DNA of 43,673 bases from Nitrosospira sp. (GCA_039928555.1 JBDSSX010000248.1:1-43673); one strand, 5' to 3'. Numbered from the stretch's first letter, positions 24,701 through 35,293 are shown. Notes: generated by a model not told the origin, from the letters alone. Numbers and translations are program-made.

Positions 24701-25918
24701 GTGGCCAACGAAGATCTATCCAGATTAAAGATTGACCGAAGCGGTAGCGCCAGTATAACCAGCCATAGGAAACGTCCCCGCCTCATTTCCACACTTGCGA
24801 TCATCGCGGCGCTGAGTCTGCTCATAATCTTCTACTTTCGTACCGGCACCGCGATGGAGGTGGAGTCCGGCACAGTCACCACCGCCTACCCGTCACAGTC
24901 TTTCACACTGCTCAATGCCACCGGCTATGTCGTTGCACAGCGTAAAGCGGCAGTCGCATCGAAGGCTACGGGACGAGTCGAATGGCTGGGTGTGACGGAA
25001 GGCAGCCGCGTAACAGAAGGCGAGATTATCGCCCGGCTGGAGAATATGGATGTCAGTGCCACCATGGAGCAAGCCGCGGCCAACGTCAGAGTAGCCAAGG
25101 CAAATTTACAGCAGGGGCAAGCGGAACTGATTGATGCCGAGGCGGCATTCAACCGTAATGGTGAACTGCTCGCCAAGGGCTTTATTTCGCAATTCGCCCA
25201 CGACCTCGCAACCGCCCGCTTTCGCAAAGCCCAGGCCGCTGTCCTGGGTTACCAGGCATCTGTGGGCGCGGCCGAAGCAAACTATCGCGCCGCCCGGATA
25301 GCGGTGGAACAAACACTGATCCGCGCACCATTTGATGGGGTAGTGCTGACCAAAAGTGCCAATGTCGGTGACGTAATAACGCCCTTCTCATCCGCACTCG
25401 ACGCCAAAGGCGCGGTAGTGACGATGGCCGACATGGATACGCTGGAAGTCGAAGCCGACGTATCCGAGTCCAACTTACCCAAAGTGAAGCTCGAACAGCC
25501 CTGTGAAATTCAGCTCGATGCGATGCCTGACGTACGATTGCGTGGCGTGGTGCAACGTATCGTCCCGACAGTGGACAGGGCTAAAGCCACAGTGCTGGTA
25601 AAAATCCGATTCATCGACCGCGACCCTAACATTTTGCCGGAAATGAGCGCAAAAATCGCCTTTCTGGAAAAGGAAATGGCTGTAGAGCAGCGCACTGCCC
25701 GCACGGTGGTTCAGCCCGATGCCATTGTTCAGCGTAACGGAAAGAAGGTGGTATTCATCATGAAAGACGAAAAAGCAGTTGAAACACCTATCGAAACCGG
25801 CGAGAAAATTGGCGATATGATTGAAGTTCTGAAAGGTCCCAAGGCGGGTGATAAAGTAATACTACGCCCCGGCGATGGACTCGACAATGGAGACAAAGTC
25901 AAAACAGCGGCGAAATAA
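24701..25918 (+). CDS. Periplasmic adaptor (membrane fusion protein) of an ABC exporter
   Basis: N-terminal TM segment, LNATGYVVA, hairpin coiled coil, IRAPFDGVV, LPEMSA. Confidence 0.9.
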   Translation: MANEDLSRLKIDRSGSASITSHRKRPRLISTLAIIAALSLLIIFYFRTGTAMEVESGTVTTAYPSQSFTLLNATGYVVAQRKAAVASKATGRVEWLGVTEGSRVTEGEIIARLENMDVSATMEQAAANVRVAKANLQQGQAELIDAEAAFNRNGELLAKGFISQFAHDLATARFRKAQAAVLGYQASVGAAEANYRAARIAVEQTLIRAPFDGVVLTKSANVGDVITPFSSALDAKGAVVTMADMDTLEVEADVSESNLPKVKLEQPCEIQLDAMPDVRLRGVVQRIVPTVDRAKATVLVKIRFIDRDPNILPEMSAKIAFLEKEMAVEQRTARTVVQPDAIVQRNGKKVVFIMKDEKAVETPIETGEKIGDMIEVLKGPKAGDKVILRPGDGLDNGDKVKTAAK

Positions 25919-25924
25919 AGACGC

Positions 25925-26617
25925 ATGGAAAATCTTCCGAAGCCCATTGTCCAGATCAGGCAGGTTACCAAAAGCTACCATCGCGGCGAGCAGTGGGTGC
26001 CGGTCCTGACGAATATTTCCTTCGATATTATTTCCGGCGAATTCATCGCCTTAATGGGGCCTTCCGGTTCCGGCAAAAGCACCCTGCTCAATCTGATCGC
26101 CGGTATTGACAAGCCGGACAGCGGTTCGCTAAAGGTTAACGGAATAGATATCGCCACGCTTTCCGAGGCGGATCTGGCCGACTGGCGCGCGGCCAATGTT
26201 GGTTTCATTTTCCAGTTTTACAATTTGATGCCTGTGCTGACCGCATTTGAGAATGTTGAATTGCCGTTGCTATTAACGAGACTTTCGCGCGGCGAGAGGC
26301 GGGAACGCGTGGAATTGGCACTGTCAATGGTGGGACTGACCGACCGAGTGGAACATTATCCCTCGGAACTGTCCGGCGGTCAGCAGCAACGCGTGGCGAT
26401 TGCCCGCGCATTCATCACCGACCCCGTGATACTGGTGGCGGACGAGCCCACCGGAGATCTCGATCGCGCATCGGCAAACGAAATTCTTGCAATGCTGGAG
26501 CGCCTTAACAGCGAGATGGGCAAAACCATCATTATGGTGACGCATGACCCGCATGCGGCTAAATCAGCCCATTTAATTCGACATTTGGAGAAAGGCGAAC
26601 TGGATGTAACGAATTGA
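25925..26617 (+). CDS. ABC ATP-binding protein (LolD/MacB-type)
   Basis: GPSGSGKST, LSGGQQQRVAIARA, ADEPTG, VTHD. Confidence 0.95.
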   Translation: MENLPKPIVQIRQVTKSYHRGEQWVPVLTNISFDIISGEFIALMGPSGSGKSTLLNLIAGIDKPDSGSLKVNGIDIATLSEADLADWRAANVGFIFQFYNLMPVLTAFENVELPLLLTRLSRGERRERVELALSMVGLTDRVEHYPSELSGGQQQRVAIARAFITDPVILVADEPTGDLDRASANEILAMLERLNSEMGKTIIMVTHDPHAAKSAHLIRHLEKGELDVTN

Positions 26618-26701
26618 TCAAATAGCAGGTATCTTACCCCACCTGTTCTTTTCAGGCTTTTCTTCCATTATCCATCGGCGTATCCGCAGAATTTTTCAAA
26701 A

Positions 26702-27859
26702 ATGCATTTCCTGAAGCTCATCCTGAGAAATACGTTGCGCCACAAACTGCGCACCAGCCTGACCGTGCTGGGCCTGGTGGTGGCAATACTCGCTTTCGGG
26801 TTGCTGCGCACAGTCGTGGATGCCTGGTATGCAGGCGCGGAAGGTGCCTCATCGGCACGGCTGGTGACACGGAACGCAATCTCGTTGGTGTTTCCGCTAC
26901 CGATCAATTATCAGGAACGGATTCGCAGAATTCAGGGTATTACGGCAATTTCCCATGCGAGCTGGTTCGGTGGAGTATATGTTACGCCGAAGAATTTTTT
27001 TCCACAGTTCGCCGTCGATGCAAAAACCTATTTTAGTCTTTATCCCGAGTACCTCATTCCACCAGCTGATATGAAGGCATTTCTCACCGACCGCAAGGGC
27101 TGTGTGATCGGCCGCAAGCTGGCGAACACGTATGGGTTCAAAATCGGCGACACCATTCCTCTGCGCGGCACGATTTATCCCGGCGCGTGGAGCTTTACGG
27201 TACGCGCCATTTATGACGGCGCGGAGGCGGGAACCGATACTTCGCAGTTTTTCTTTCACTGGGACTATCTCAATGAAACCATGAAAAAAGCGGTTGCCCG
27301 CAGAACCGATTGGATCGGTGTTTACGTGATCGAAATTTCCGATCCAGACAGAGCCGCGGAAATTTCAACTGAAGTGGACGCGATGTTCAGAAATTCTCTT
27401 GCCGAGACCCTCACCGAAACAGAAAAGGCCTTTCAACTGGGATTTGTGTCCATGACCGAAGCCATTGTGGTGGCGATACGCATCGTTTCGTTTCTGGTGA
27501 TTTTCATTATCCTTGCGGTAATGGCCAATACCATGGCAATGACGGCGCGCGAGCGCATCGCCGAATACGCCACCCTCAAGGCACTGGGTTTTGGCCCGTA
27601 CTTCCTCGCCGGGTTGATTTATGGCGAATCCCTCGCGATTGCGCTGGCTGGCGGGGTGCTTGGCATTCTGCTTACCTTCCCTGTCGCCGACAGATTCAGC
27701 GAACAGGTCGGCACACTGTTTCCGGTATTCGGGGTCTCGCTGGAAACAATATACATGCAAGCCGCCGCCGCAATTGCGGTTGGCATTACGGCGGCAATAC
27801 TGCCCGCCTTTCGCGCCGCGCGGGTGCCCATTGTGGAAGGGTTGAGGAGCATCGGTTAG
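26702..27859 (+). CDS. ABC permease (MacB/FtsX-type)
   Basis: RHKLRTSLT, large periplasmic domain, RERIAEYATLKALGF, PAFRAAR. Confidence 0.9.
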   Translation: MHFLKLILRNTLRHKLRTSLTVLGLVVAILAFGLLRTVVDAWYAGAEGASSARLVTRNAISLVFPLPINYQERIRRIQGITAISHASWFGGVYVTPKNFFPQFAVDAKTYFSLYPEYLIPPADMKAFLTDRKGCVIGRKLANTYGFKIGDTIPLRGTIYPGAWSFTVRAIYDGAEAGTDTSQFFFHWDYLNETMKKAVARRTDWIGVYVIEISDPDRAAEISTEVDAMFRNSLAETLTETEKAFQLGFVSMTEAIVVAIRIVSFLVIFIILAVMANTMAMTARERIAEYATLKALGFGPYFLAGLIYGESLAIALAGGVLGILLTFPVADRFSEQVGTLFPVFGVSLETIYMQAAAAIAVGITAAILPAFRAARVPIVEGLRSIG

Positions 27860-27862
27860 TTT

Positions 27863-29029
27863 ATGTCCGTTCCTCTTTCCTATATATGGCGCAACCTCGC
27901 CGCCCGCAAGCTGACTACGCTGCTCACCGCGGGGGGCATGGCACTGGTGGTGTTTGTATTTGCAACGGTATTAATGCTGGAAGAGGGTCTCAGGAAAACA
28001 CTGGTGGAAACCGGCTCACCCGACAATGTGGTTATCACCCGCCATTCCGCCGGAACTGAAGTACAAAGCGTCATTGATCGCGAGCAGGCCGCCATTGTAG
28101 AAAACCAGCCGGAAGTCGCCTACAGTACGAATGGTTTGCGGCTGGCGTCAAAAGAAACGATAGTGTTGATTTCTCTCGCTAAACGTAGTTCCGATAAGGC
28201 TTCCAATGTGTTAATCCGCGGCGTGGGGCAGAAGGGGATCGAGCTGCGCCCACAGGTGGAGATCGCCGAGGGCCGCATGTTTCGTCCGGGCTCAACGGAG
28301 ATTATAGCCGGCAAGAGTGTGGCCGAGCGCTATAAGGGCGCCGGTGTCGGCGAAACACTGCGCTTCGGGCAGCGTGAATGGACTGTGGTCGGCATTATGG
28401 ATGCCGGTAAAACCGGTTTTGATTCGGAAATATGGGGCGATGTGGACCAGTTGATGCAGGCATTCCGCAGGCCGGTCTATTCTTCGGTGATATTGAAGTT
28501 GAATGACCCTGCGGCATTTTCTGAGCTCAAGACCCGCATTGAAAATGATCCGCGCCTGACTTTGGAAGTCAAGCAGGAAAGTGTTTTCTATGCCGAGCAA
28601 TCGCAACTACTGGCAAATTTCATTCGCTATCTGGGAATGATACTGTCGATTATCTTCTCTGTCGGCGCAATTATCGGCGCGATGATCACCATGTATGCCT
28701 CTGTCGCTAACCGTGCCACGGAAATCGGCACCTTGCGCGCACTGGGATTTCGCCGAAAAAATATTCTGGCCGCTTTTCTCCTGGAAGCATTGATGCTCGG
28801 CGCGGCGGGAGGCGTGGTTGGACTGGTCTTAGCATCATTCATGCAATTCTTCACCATTTCCACCATGAACTGGCAATCGTTCTCCGAGCTCGCATTCAGT
28901 TTCACCCTGAATGGCGCGATTATCATCAAGTCGCTTGCATTTGCGCTAATCATGGGAGTTGCCGGTGGATTTCTTCCCGCCGCACGGGCCGCGCGCCTCA
29001 GTATCGTGGATTCGCTACGGGCGGTGTGA
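27863..29029 (+). CDS. ABC permease (MacB/FtsX-type), second paralog
   Basis: NRATEIGTLRALGF, FLLEA, PAARAAR. Confidence 0.9.
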   Translation: MSVPLSYIWRNLAARKLTTLLTAGGMALVVFVFATVLMLEEGLRKTLVETGSPDNVVITRHSAGTEVQSVIDREQAAIVENQPEVAYSTNGLRLASKETIVLISLAKRSSDKASNVLIRGVGQKGIELRPQVEIAEGRMFRPGSTEIIAGKSVAERYKGAGVGETLRFGQREWTVVGIMDAGKTGFDSEIWGDVDQLMQAFRRPVYSSVILKLNDPAAFSELKTRIENDPRLTLEVKQESVFYAEQSQLLANFIRYLGMILSIIFSVGAIIGAMITMYASVANRATEIGTLRALGFRRKNILAAFLLEALMLGAAGGVVGLVLASFMQFFTISTMNWQSFSELAFSFTLNGAIIIKSLAFALIMGVAGGFLPAARAARLSIVDSLRAV

Positions 29030-29090
29030 CTGCGCCAATAGGCTTACGCGCGGAGTTTAAGCCCCCTTTACAGTTTCTGGCCCGAGTAAA

Positions 29091-29630
29091 TCATTTTCTA
29101 ACCTCTTCTATGGTGCCCATGTGAAAGCCTAACGTCCCTTGTAGGCGCTCCTCGAAGTATCGTTTCAGCGGCTCGTGGATGACACGAAACGCCAACGTAT
29201 CCCAGGGAATCTCCGTCTCTCCAAAAAGCTGAACATCCAGGCTCTCGATACCGGGTTTAAAGTCCAGATCCACCAATCGCGCACGAAACAAAACGTGCAC
29301 CTGATTGATATGGGGGATATTATAAATGGCGTACAAGTCTCCCATTTCCACCCGTGCATTGGCTTCCTCCAGCGTTTCGCGTGCGGCGCCCTGGGCGAGC
29401 GTTTCGGCATTCTCCATGAAACCCGAAGGTACGGTCCATAATCCGTGGCGCGGCTCGATCGCGCGCCGGCATAGCAATATCCTGTCCTCCCACTCAGGTA
29501 TGCAGCCCACCACTATCTTCGGATTTTGATAGTGGACAACGCTGCATGCGGGGCAAACATAACGCGGCAAGTTGTCGCCTTCGGGAACGCGCAACTCAAC
29601 CGGTGTGCCACAGTTACTACAGTATTTCAT
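29091..29630 (-). CDS. Nudix hydrolase with N-terminal zinc ribbon
   Basis: CSNC...CPAC, YQNPK, Nudix box GFMENAETLAQGAARETLEEA. Confidence 0.92.
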   Translation of the reverse strand: MKYCSNCGTPVELRVPEGDNLPRYVCPACSVVHYQNPKIVVGCIPEWEDRILLCRRAIEPRHGLWTVPSGFMENAETLAQGAARETLEEANARVEMGDLYAIYNIPHINQVHVLFRARLVDLDFKPGIESLDVQLFGETEIPWDTLAFRVIHEPLKRYFEERLQGTLGFHMGTIEEVRK

Positions 29631-30790
29631 TCCTTTCTCATGTCTTTCTTGAATGGCGAGCTCTCGTTCAGCTCACCTAGATAATGATTGATATCCTGCG
29701 CTTCATGCTTTAGATAATTCCCGATAGCCGCGGCGAATTCAGGGTGCGCAAGCCAGTGGGCCGACCAGACGCGTACGGGAAGAAAGCCGCGCGCAAGCTT
29801 ATGCTCCCCCTGTGCGCCACCTTCAAACAACGCGATACGATGGGCAATACAGAATTCGATGGCCTGATAGTAGCAAGTCTCGAAATGCAGTCCAGGGACA
29901 AACTCCATCGTACCCCAATAACGCCCATATAGCGTGCGGGAATTATGCAGATTTAGTGCGGCGGCAACGGGTTGGCCATCGCGCAACGCCAGAATCAGCA
30001 ATACATTTTCCGGCATGCTTTTACCGAGCCGCAAAAAGAATTCCAGATTGAGGTAAGGCGTGGAATGGTGATCGCGGTAAGTTTTATTGTAGCAGTTGAC
30101 GAAGAAACGCCAGTGATCATTACTCGCATCATATCCGGATAGCCACTGAAAACGGATACCGGCAGCATGAACCTTGCGCCGCTCCTGGCGGATTTTCTTG
30201 CGTTTGCCGTGGCTCATCCCCTCCAGAAACGCTTCGAAATCCTCATAACCGCCGCCCACCCGATTTTTCCAGTGAAATTGTATGCCATGCCGCAGGATCA
30301 TTCCCGCTTGCTCCATTTCTCGCGCCTCATGCTCTCGCGGGAACAGGCAATGAAACGATGAAACGCTTGTGTCCGCATTTTTGTCTTTCGCCATTTTCAA
30401 TGCGGCCGCGATAAGCAAGGCGCGATGCTCCGCGGTTTCCGCCAGCAACCGCCGTCCGGTGACGGGGCTGAAAGGTATCGCACACAGCAGCTTGGGATAG
30501 TACGCATAGCCACGGCGTCGATAGGCATCCGCCCAGGCCCAGTCGAATACATACTCTCCGTAAGAATGGCTCTTCAGATAAAGCGGCAACGCGCCACGCA
30601 AGGCGCGCCCTTCCCACAGTGTGACAAATTGCGGCCGCCAGCCGGTTTCCCGCGAGACGCATCCGGTATCATGCAGGGCGGAAAAGAATTCATGCCGCAG
30701 AAATGGATCGTCCCCGGCCAGTATGTTCCATGCCTTCACAGAAATACCGTCAAGCGAGTCGATTACTTTTACTTCAAACCCTGGAATCAT
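29627..30790 (-). CDS. DUF482 / FemAB-like GNAT family protein
   Basis: HSYGEYVFDWAWA, YYPKL, LHFETCYYQ, EGGAQGEHKLARGF. Confidence 0.9.
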   Translation of the reverse strand: MIPGFEVKVIDSLDGISVKAWNILAGDDPFLRHEFFSALHDTGCVSRETGWRPQFVTLWEGRALRGALPLYLKSHSYGEYVFDWAWADAYRRRGYAYYPKLLCAIPFSPVTGRRLLAETAEHRALLIAAALKMAKDKNADTSVSSFHCLFPREHEAREMEQAGMILRHGIQFHWKNRVGGGYEDFEAFLEGMSHGKRKKIRQERRKVHAAGIRFQWLSGYDASNDHWRFFVNCYNKTYRDHHSTPYLNLEFFLRLGKSMPENVLLILALRDGQPVAAALNLHNSRTLYGRYWGTMEFVPGLHFETCYYQAIEFCIAHRIALFEGGAQGEHKLARGFLPVRVWSAHWLAHPEFAAAIGNYLKHEAQDINHYLGELNESSPFKKDMRKE

Positions 30791-30829
30791 GAAGAATTTT
30801 CACGCGCCCGCCGGGATCGCCGCAGAGTG

Positions 30830-30863
30830 GTAGGGCTCCAATAAGCGAAGCGCATTGCGCCGT
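30830..30863 (+). repeat. Degenerate GTAG-type REP sequence
   Basis: GTAGGGCTCCAATAAGCGAAGCGCATTGCGCCGT: GTAG tetranucleotide followed by an imperfect palindrome. Single copy in this window. Confidence 0.5.
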
Positions 30864-31027
30864 ATGTCAGTCTTCATATTCAAGCACATTTTCATAGCCC
30901 CCGCCAGCCTACCAACCACGCCTGCCAACCGCGAAGCAAGTCTATATGCCGGGGGCGCCATCTTGCGGCGCTACACCGCGTTTGTTTGCGTCGCCGGAGG
31001 GCGGAAAAATTTAAATCGACGGAAGCG

Positions 31028-31071
31028 GCCTTGAAGTTGCTCTAAAGTTGCCCTGAAGCTGCCTTGACGCC
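31028..31071. repeat. Four imperfect 11-bp direct repeats upstream of nadE
   Basis: GCCTTGAAGTT GCTCTAAAGTT GCCCTGAAGCT GCCTTGACGCC. Confidence 0.75.
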
Positions 31072-31179
31072 CGCGAAGGACGATTCATTCTGGTATTATC
31101 CTAAGTTCTGTAGGTCAGGTTAGCGCAGCGTAACCCGGCAATCCCCTGCCAAGTGCCTATTAACCCCCACTGCCTCACC

Positions 31180-32796
31180 ATGAAGCTCGCCATTGCCCAG
31201 ATTAATTGTACAGTCGGCGACCTTGGCGGCAATATCCGCAAGATCGTCGATTACACCGATCAGGCAAAAAATGCGGGAGCCAGACTGGTTATCACACCCG
31301 AGCTGGCGCTGTCGGGCTACCCGCCGGAAGACCTCCTACTCCGCAACGGATTCCGGCTCGCATGCGAAAAAGCGCTTGCAGACCTGGCCAAAGAAATAAG
31401 TGGCGTAACGCTACTGGTTGGACATCCTCATCTCGCGGGCAACAAGCTCTATAACGCGGCCTCGGTGATATGCGACGGCAAAATTATCGCCACCTATCAC
31501 AAGAATCAGCTTCCCAATGACTCTGTATTCGATGAGCGGCGCTATTTTGAGCCGGGTTCCGATCACTGCCTGTTTGAACTGGAAGGGATAAGATTCGGCG
31601 TCAACATCTGTCAGGATATCTGGCAAGGAAATACAGCCACCCGCGCCAGGAAGGCGGGAGCCGACGTGCTGATAGTGCTAAATGCCTCCCCTTATCACAT
31701 GCACAAACAAGCCTTGCGCCACCAGATAGTGCGTCAACGCATCAGCGAAACGGGAATGTCCATGGTTTATGCCAATCTGGCAGGCGCGCAGGATGAGCTG
31801 ATATTCGACGGCGCTTCCTTTGCAATGAATGGCAGAGGTGAGCTGACGCATCAATTCAATGCGCTCACGGAAACCCTCGGCTTGATCGAATTGGAAAACG
31901 GCGCTCCCGTGCGCGGAGATATCGCACCGTCACAAACGCTGGAAGCAACCGTTTATCAGGCATTGTGTCTTGGCCTCAAGGATTATGTTGGAAAGAATGG
32001 CATACCGGGTGTGCTGCTGGGGCTATCCGGCGGCGTGGATTCGGCGCTCACGCTGGCGATCGCGGTGGATGCGCTGGGTGCCGCCAAGGTGGAGGCGGTC
32101 ATGATGCCGTCACCATTTACCGCCGATATAAGCTTATTGGATGCGCGCACGATGGCCAGGACATTAAGTGTGCGCTACAGCGAGCTTTCCATCCAACCGG
32201 TGTTTGACGAATTCCTTGATACGCTGGCAAAGAGGTTCCCGGAGCCGCCCGGCCATCATCGCCTGAACACCACCGAGGAAAACCTGCAAGCGCGTATACG
32301 CGGCAATTTACTGATGGCGTTATCCAACAAATACGGTTCCATTGTGCTCACGACCGGCAACAAATCCGAAATAGCCGTAGGCTACTGTACGCTTTATGGC
32401 GATATGGCGGGCGGCTTCGCGGTGCTGAAGGATATCACCAAAACCCTGGTGTACCGCCTTTGCCACTATCGCAATACGCTGGGCAACGTGATCCCGGAAC
32501 GCGTCATCAGCCGCGCGCCTTCGGCCGAGTTGCGTCCCGGCCAGACCGATCAGGACAGCCTGCCACCTTACGACATACTCGACGGCATCGTCGAAGCGTA
32601 TATGGAGCACAATTTGTCGTTGCGGGAAATCCTGGGGATGAACTATGCCGAAGCGGACGTGCGGCGAGTGGTGCACCTGATCCGCCTGAATGAATACAAA
32701 CGCCGACAGAGCCCGCCGGGTATCCGAATCACCCAGCGAGGCTTCGGCAAGGATTGGCGCTATCCGATTACGTCAAAATATCAGGATGAGTTTTAA
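31180..32796 (+). CDS. nadE: Glutamine-dependent NAD+ synthetase
   Basis: Nitrilase-fold domain (PELALSGYPPEDL, YHK, ICQDIW) fused to the synthetase domain (GLSGGVDS, ENLQARIRG, TGNKSE, PSAELRP). Start at ATG 31180. Confidence 0.95.
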   Translation: MKLAIAQINCTVGDLGGNIRKIVDYTDQAKNAGARLVITPELALSGYPPEDLLLRNGFRLACEKALADLAKEISGVTLLVGHPHLAGNKLYNAASVICDGKIIATYHKNQLPNDSVFDERRYFEPGSDHCLFELEGIRFGVNICQDIWQGNTATRARKAGADVLIVLNASPYHMHKQALRHQIVRQRISETGMSMVYANLAGAQDELIFDGASFAMNGRGELTHQFNALTETLGLIELENGAPVRGDIAPSQTLEATVYQALCLGLKDYVGKNGIPGVLLGLSGGVDSALTLAIAVDALGAAKVEAVMMPSPFTADISLLDARTMARTLSVRYSELSIQPVFDEFLDTLAKRFPEPPGHHRLNTTEENLQARIRGNLLMALSNKYGSIVLTTGNKSEIAVGYCTLYGDMAGGFAVLKDITKTLVYRLCHYRNTLGNVIPERVISRAPSAELRPGQTDQDSLPPYDILDGIVEAYMEHNLSLREILGMNYAEADVRRVVHLIRLNEYKRRQSPPGIRITQRGFGKDWRYPITSKYQDEF

Positions 32797-32943
32797 TAAC
32801 CTATAGGCAATCGGCAATCAAGTGGGATTTAAGATTCCGGAACCCCGTATAATCAGCTTCCAAATGCGGCTGAGGGTCTTGCACACCGCTATAACCACGA
32901 CCGTAATTCGTTATAAAAACTTAACTAAGGGTAACCAAGGTAA

Positions 32944-33288
<345 letters not shown>

Positions 33289-33474
33289 AGCCCATACCTT
33301 ATACGAATGCCGGCGTCGGCGAGATTATAGAAGGAATACGGATCGCCTGGTTTCCGCATTAACATCCTTCCCTGATTATGTTGTAGCTTTGTGCCCCCGT
33401 ACTGATCCCCTCATGTTCCCTGTCAAGCGCCAACGCACGTTGGAACTTCGCCCGGATGCGGTTATCTTATCCTC

Positions 33475-35181
33475 ATGAAATTTCGCTATTTGATGGTGGC
33501 TTTGCCGCTACTGTTCCCGGCCAATATTCTTGCCGCGGGGTTGCCTGATCTCGGTGATGCATCCCAGGTTACTTTTTCGCCACAGCAGGAGCGTGAACTC
33601 GGACTGCGGATTATGTCCGACATTCGCGCTGACCCCAGTTATCTTGACGATGCCGAAGTAGCCGGTTATCTCACCAATCTCGGGAACCGTTTGCTTCTGA
33701 ACTCACGTGAGACACGCCCCGACCAGGAGTTCGAGTTCTTTGCGGTGAAAGATCCGATGATCAATGCGTTTGCACTACCCGGTGGCTTTATGGGCTTCAA
33801 TACCGGTCTTATACTTACCGCGCAAAGTGAATCGGAGCTAGCTGGCGTAATGGCGCATGAAATCGCGCACGTTACCCAGAAACATCTCGCGCGCATGATT
33901 GCCGGACAAAGATACAGCATGTTGACCTCTCTGGCGGCGGTCGCATTGGCGGTCCTCGCGTCGCGCACGAACCCGCAGGCTGCGGCGGCTGTTCTGGTTG
34001 GCTCGCAGGCACGCCAAATTCAGTCGCAACTCGATTTCACCCGTGACCACGAGAAAGAGGCCGATCGTATCGGCCTGAATATACTGATTGGTGCCGGCCT
34101 TGATCCACGCGGGATGTCGGAGTTTTTCGAGCGTTTGCAAAAGGCTGGACGATTCCGTGAGAATGGCGCACCTTCCTATCTACGCACCCATCCAATCACT
34201 TATGAGCGGATCGCGGATATTGATAACCGCACGCACAGTTTGCCTTACCGGCAGGTACCCGACAGCCTCGATTTCCTGCTGGTGCGAGCCAAACTGCGGG
34301 CCTCGCTGGATAATCCCGGAGATGCGGTTGAATACTTTGACTCCGCTTTGCGGGACAAGCGTTATAGCAGCGAGGCTGTCGAGCGCTACGGACTGATCTA
34401 TGCTTTGTTGCGCGACAGAAAATTCGTACGCGCGGATAAAGAATTAATGCAACTGTATGAAAACTTGCAGTCTGACGCTGATGACGCATTGGGGAATCAC
34501 CATTTGACCGCGGCTCCCCAGACCCTATATAAGACGCCACTGTCAAGCGACATGATCGAGACACTTGCGGAGCGTGCCCGGCTTGCCATGGGACAGCCCG
34601 CGGAAGCGCTCGATATTTACAAAGTCGCGCCACGAATATATCGGCCGCACCGCACATCGAACAATTACACCGGCACGGATACAACACCGGAGAATCACCG
34701 CCTCGGTACAACGATCCAGATTACACGTAAAACACCACGGCCAAGCGCCATGATTGAAACCCTTGCGGCACGGGTCAAACTCGCCATGGGACAAACCGCG
34801 GAAGCGCTCGATATTTATGAAGCCGCGCTACGAATATATCCGCAGCACCGGGCATTAATCTACGACTACGCCGACGCGCTGCTGCGCGGCAATAGCGCCG
34901 ATGCGGCGCTCAAATTTGTTAACCAGCAATTGCAGTATGCGCCCAATGACATACGCCTTTACCGGCTGCAGGCACAAAGCTACGGCGCGCTCGGGGACAT
35001 GATGATGCAACACCGCGCGCAGGCGGAAGTCTACACGCGCCAAGGCAACGTCCATGCCGCCATCGAGCAACTACAGATCGCGTTAAGAGGTGACGATGGT
35101 GACTTCTACCAGAAATCCAGCGCGGAGGCGCGCCTCAAGGAATTGCGCATCCTGGCCGAGGCGCAAAAGAAAGAGAAATGA
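33475..35181 (+). CDS. bepA: M48 metalloprotease with TPR domain (BepA/YfgC-like)
   Basis: Signal peptide, LPDLG, INAFALPGG, HEIAH, EKEADRIG, YLRTHP, C-terminal TPR helices. Confidence 0.88.
   Translation: MKFRYLMVALPLLFPANILAAGLPDLGDASQVTFSPQQERELGLRIMSDIRADPSYLDDAEVAGYLTNLGNRLLLNSRETRPDQEFEFFAVKDPMINAFALPGGFMGFNTGLILTAQSESELAGVMAHEIAHVTQKHLARMIAGQRYSMLTSLAAVALAVLASRTNPQAAAAVLVGSQARQIQSQLDFTRDHEKEADRIGLNILIGAGLDPRGMSEFFERLQKAGRFRENGAPSYLRTHPITYERIADIDNRTHSLPYRQVPDSLDFLLVRAKLRASLDNPGDAVEYFDSALRDKRYSSEAVERYGLIYALLRDRKFVRADKELMQLYENLQSDADDALGNHHLTAAPQTLYKTPLSSDMIETLAERARLAMGQPAEALDIYKVAPRIYRPHRTSNNYTGTDTTPENHRLGTTIQITRKTPRPSAMIETLAARVKLAMGQTAEALDIYEAALRIYPQHRALIYDYADALLRGNSADAALKFVNQQLQYAPNDIRLYRLQAQSYGALGDMMMQHRAQAEVYTRQGNVHAAIEQLQIALRGDDGDFYQKSSAEARLKELRILAEAQKKEK
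34494..34889 (+). repeat. 198-bp (66-codon) diverged tandem duplication within bepA
   Basis: GAATCAC at 34494 and 34692; MIETLA codons at 34552 and 34750; shared GCGGAAGCGCTCGATATTTA. Outer boundaries approximate. Confidence 0.9.
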
Positions 35182-35293
35182 GGCTCGATAACACCATTCT
35201 CACTTAGCAGCATGATTTCTAAACGCCGCGCACTCAGGTAACATTCGGCTTTCATTTTTTCCCACCCTGGCACCGGATATCCCTGAGTTACGT

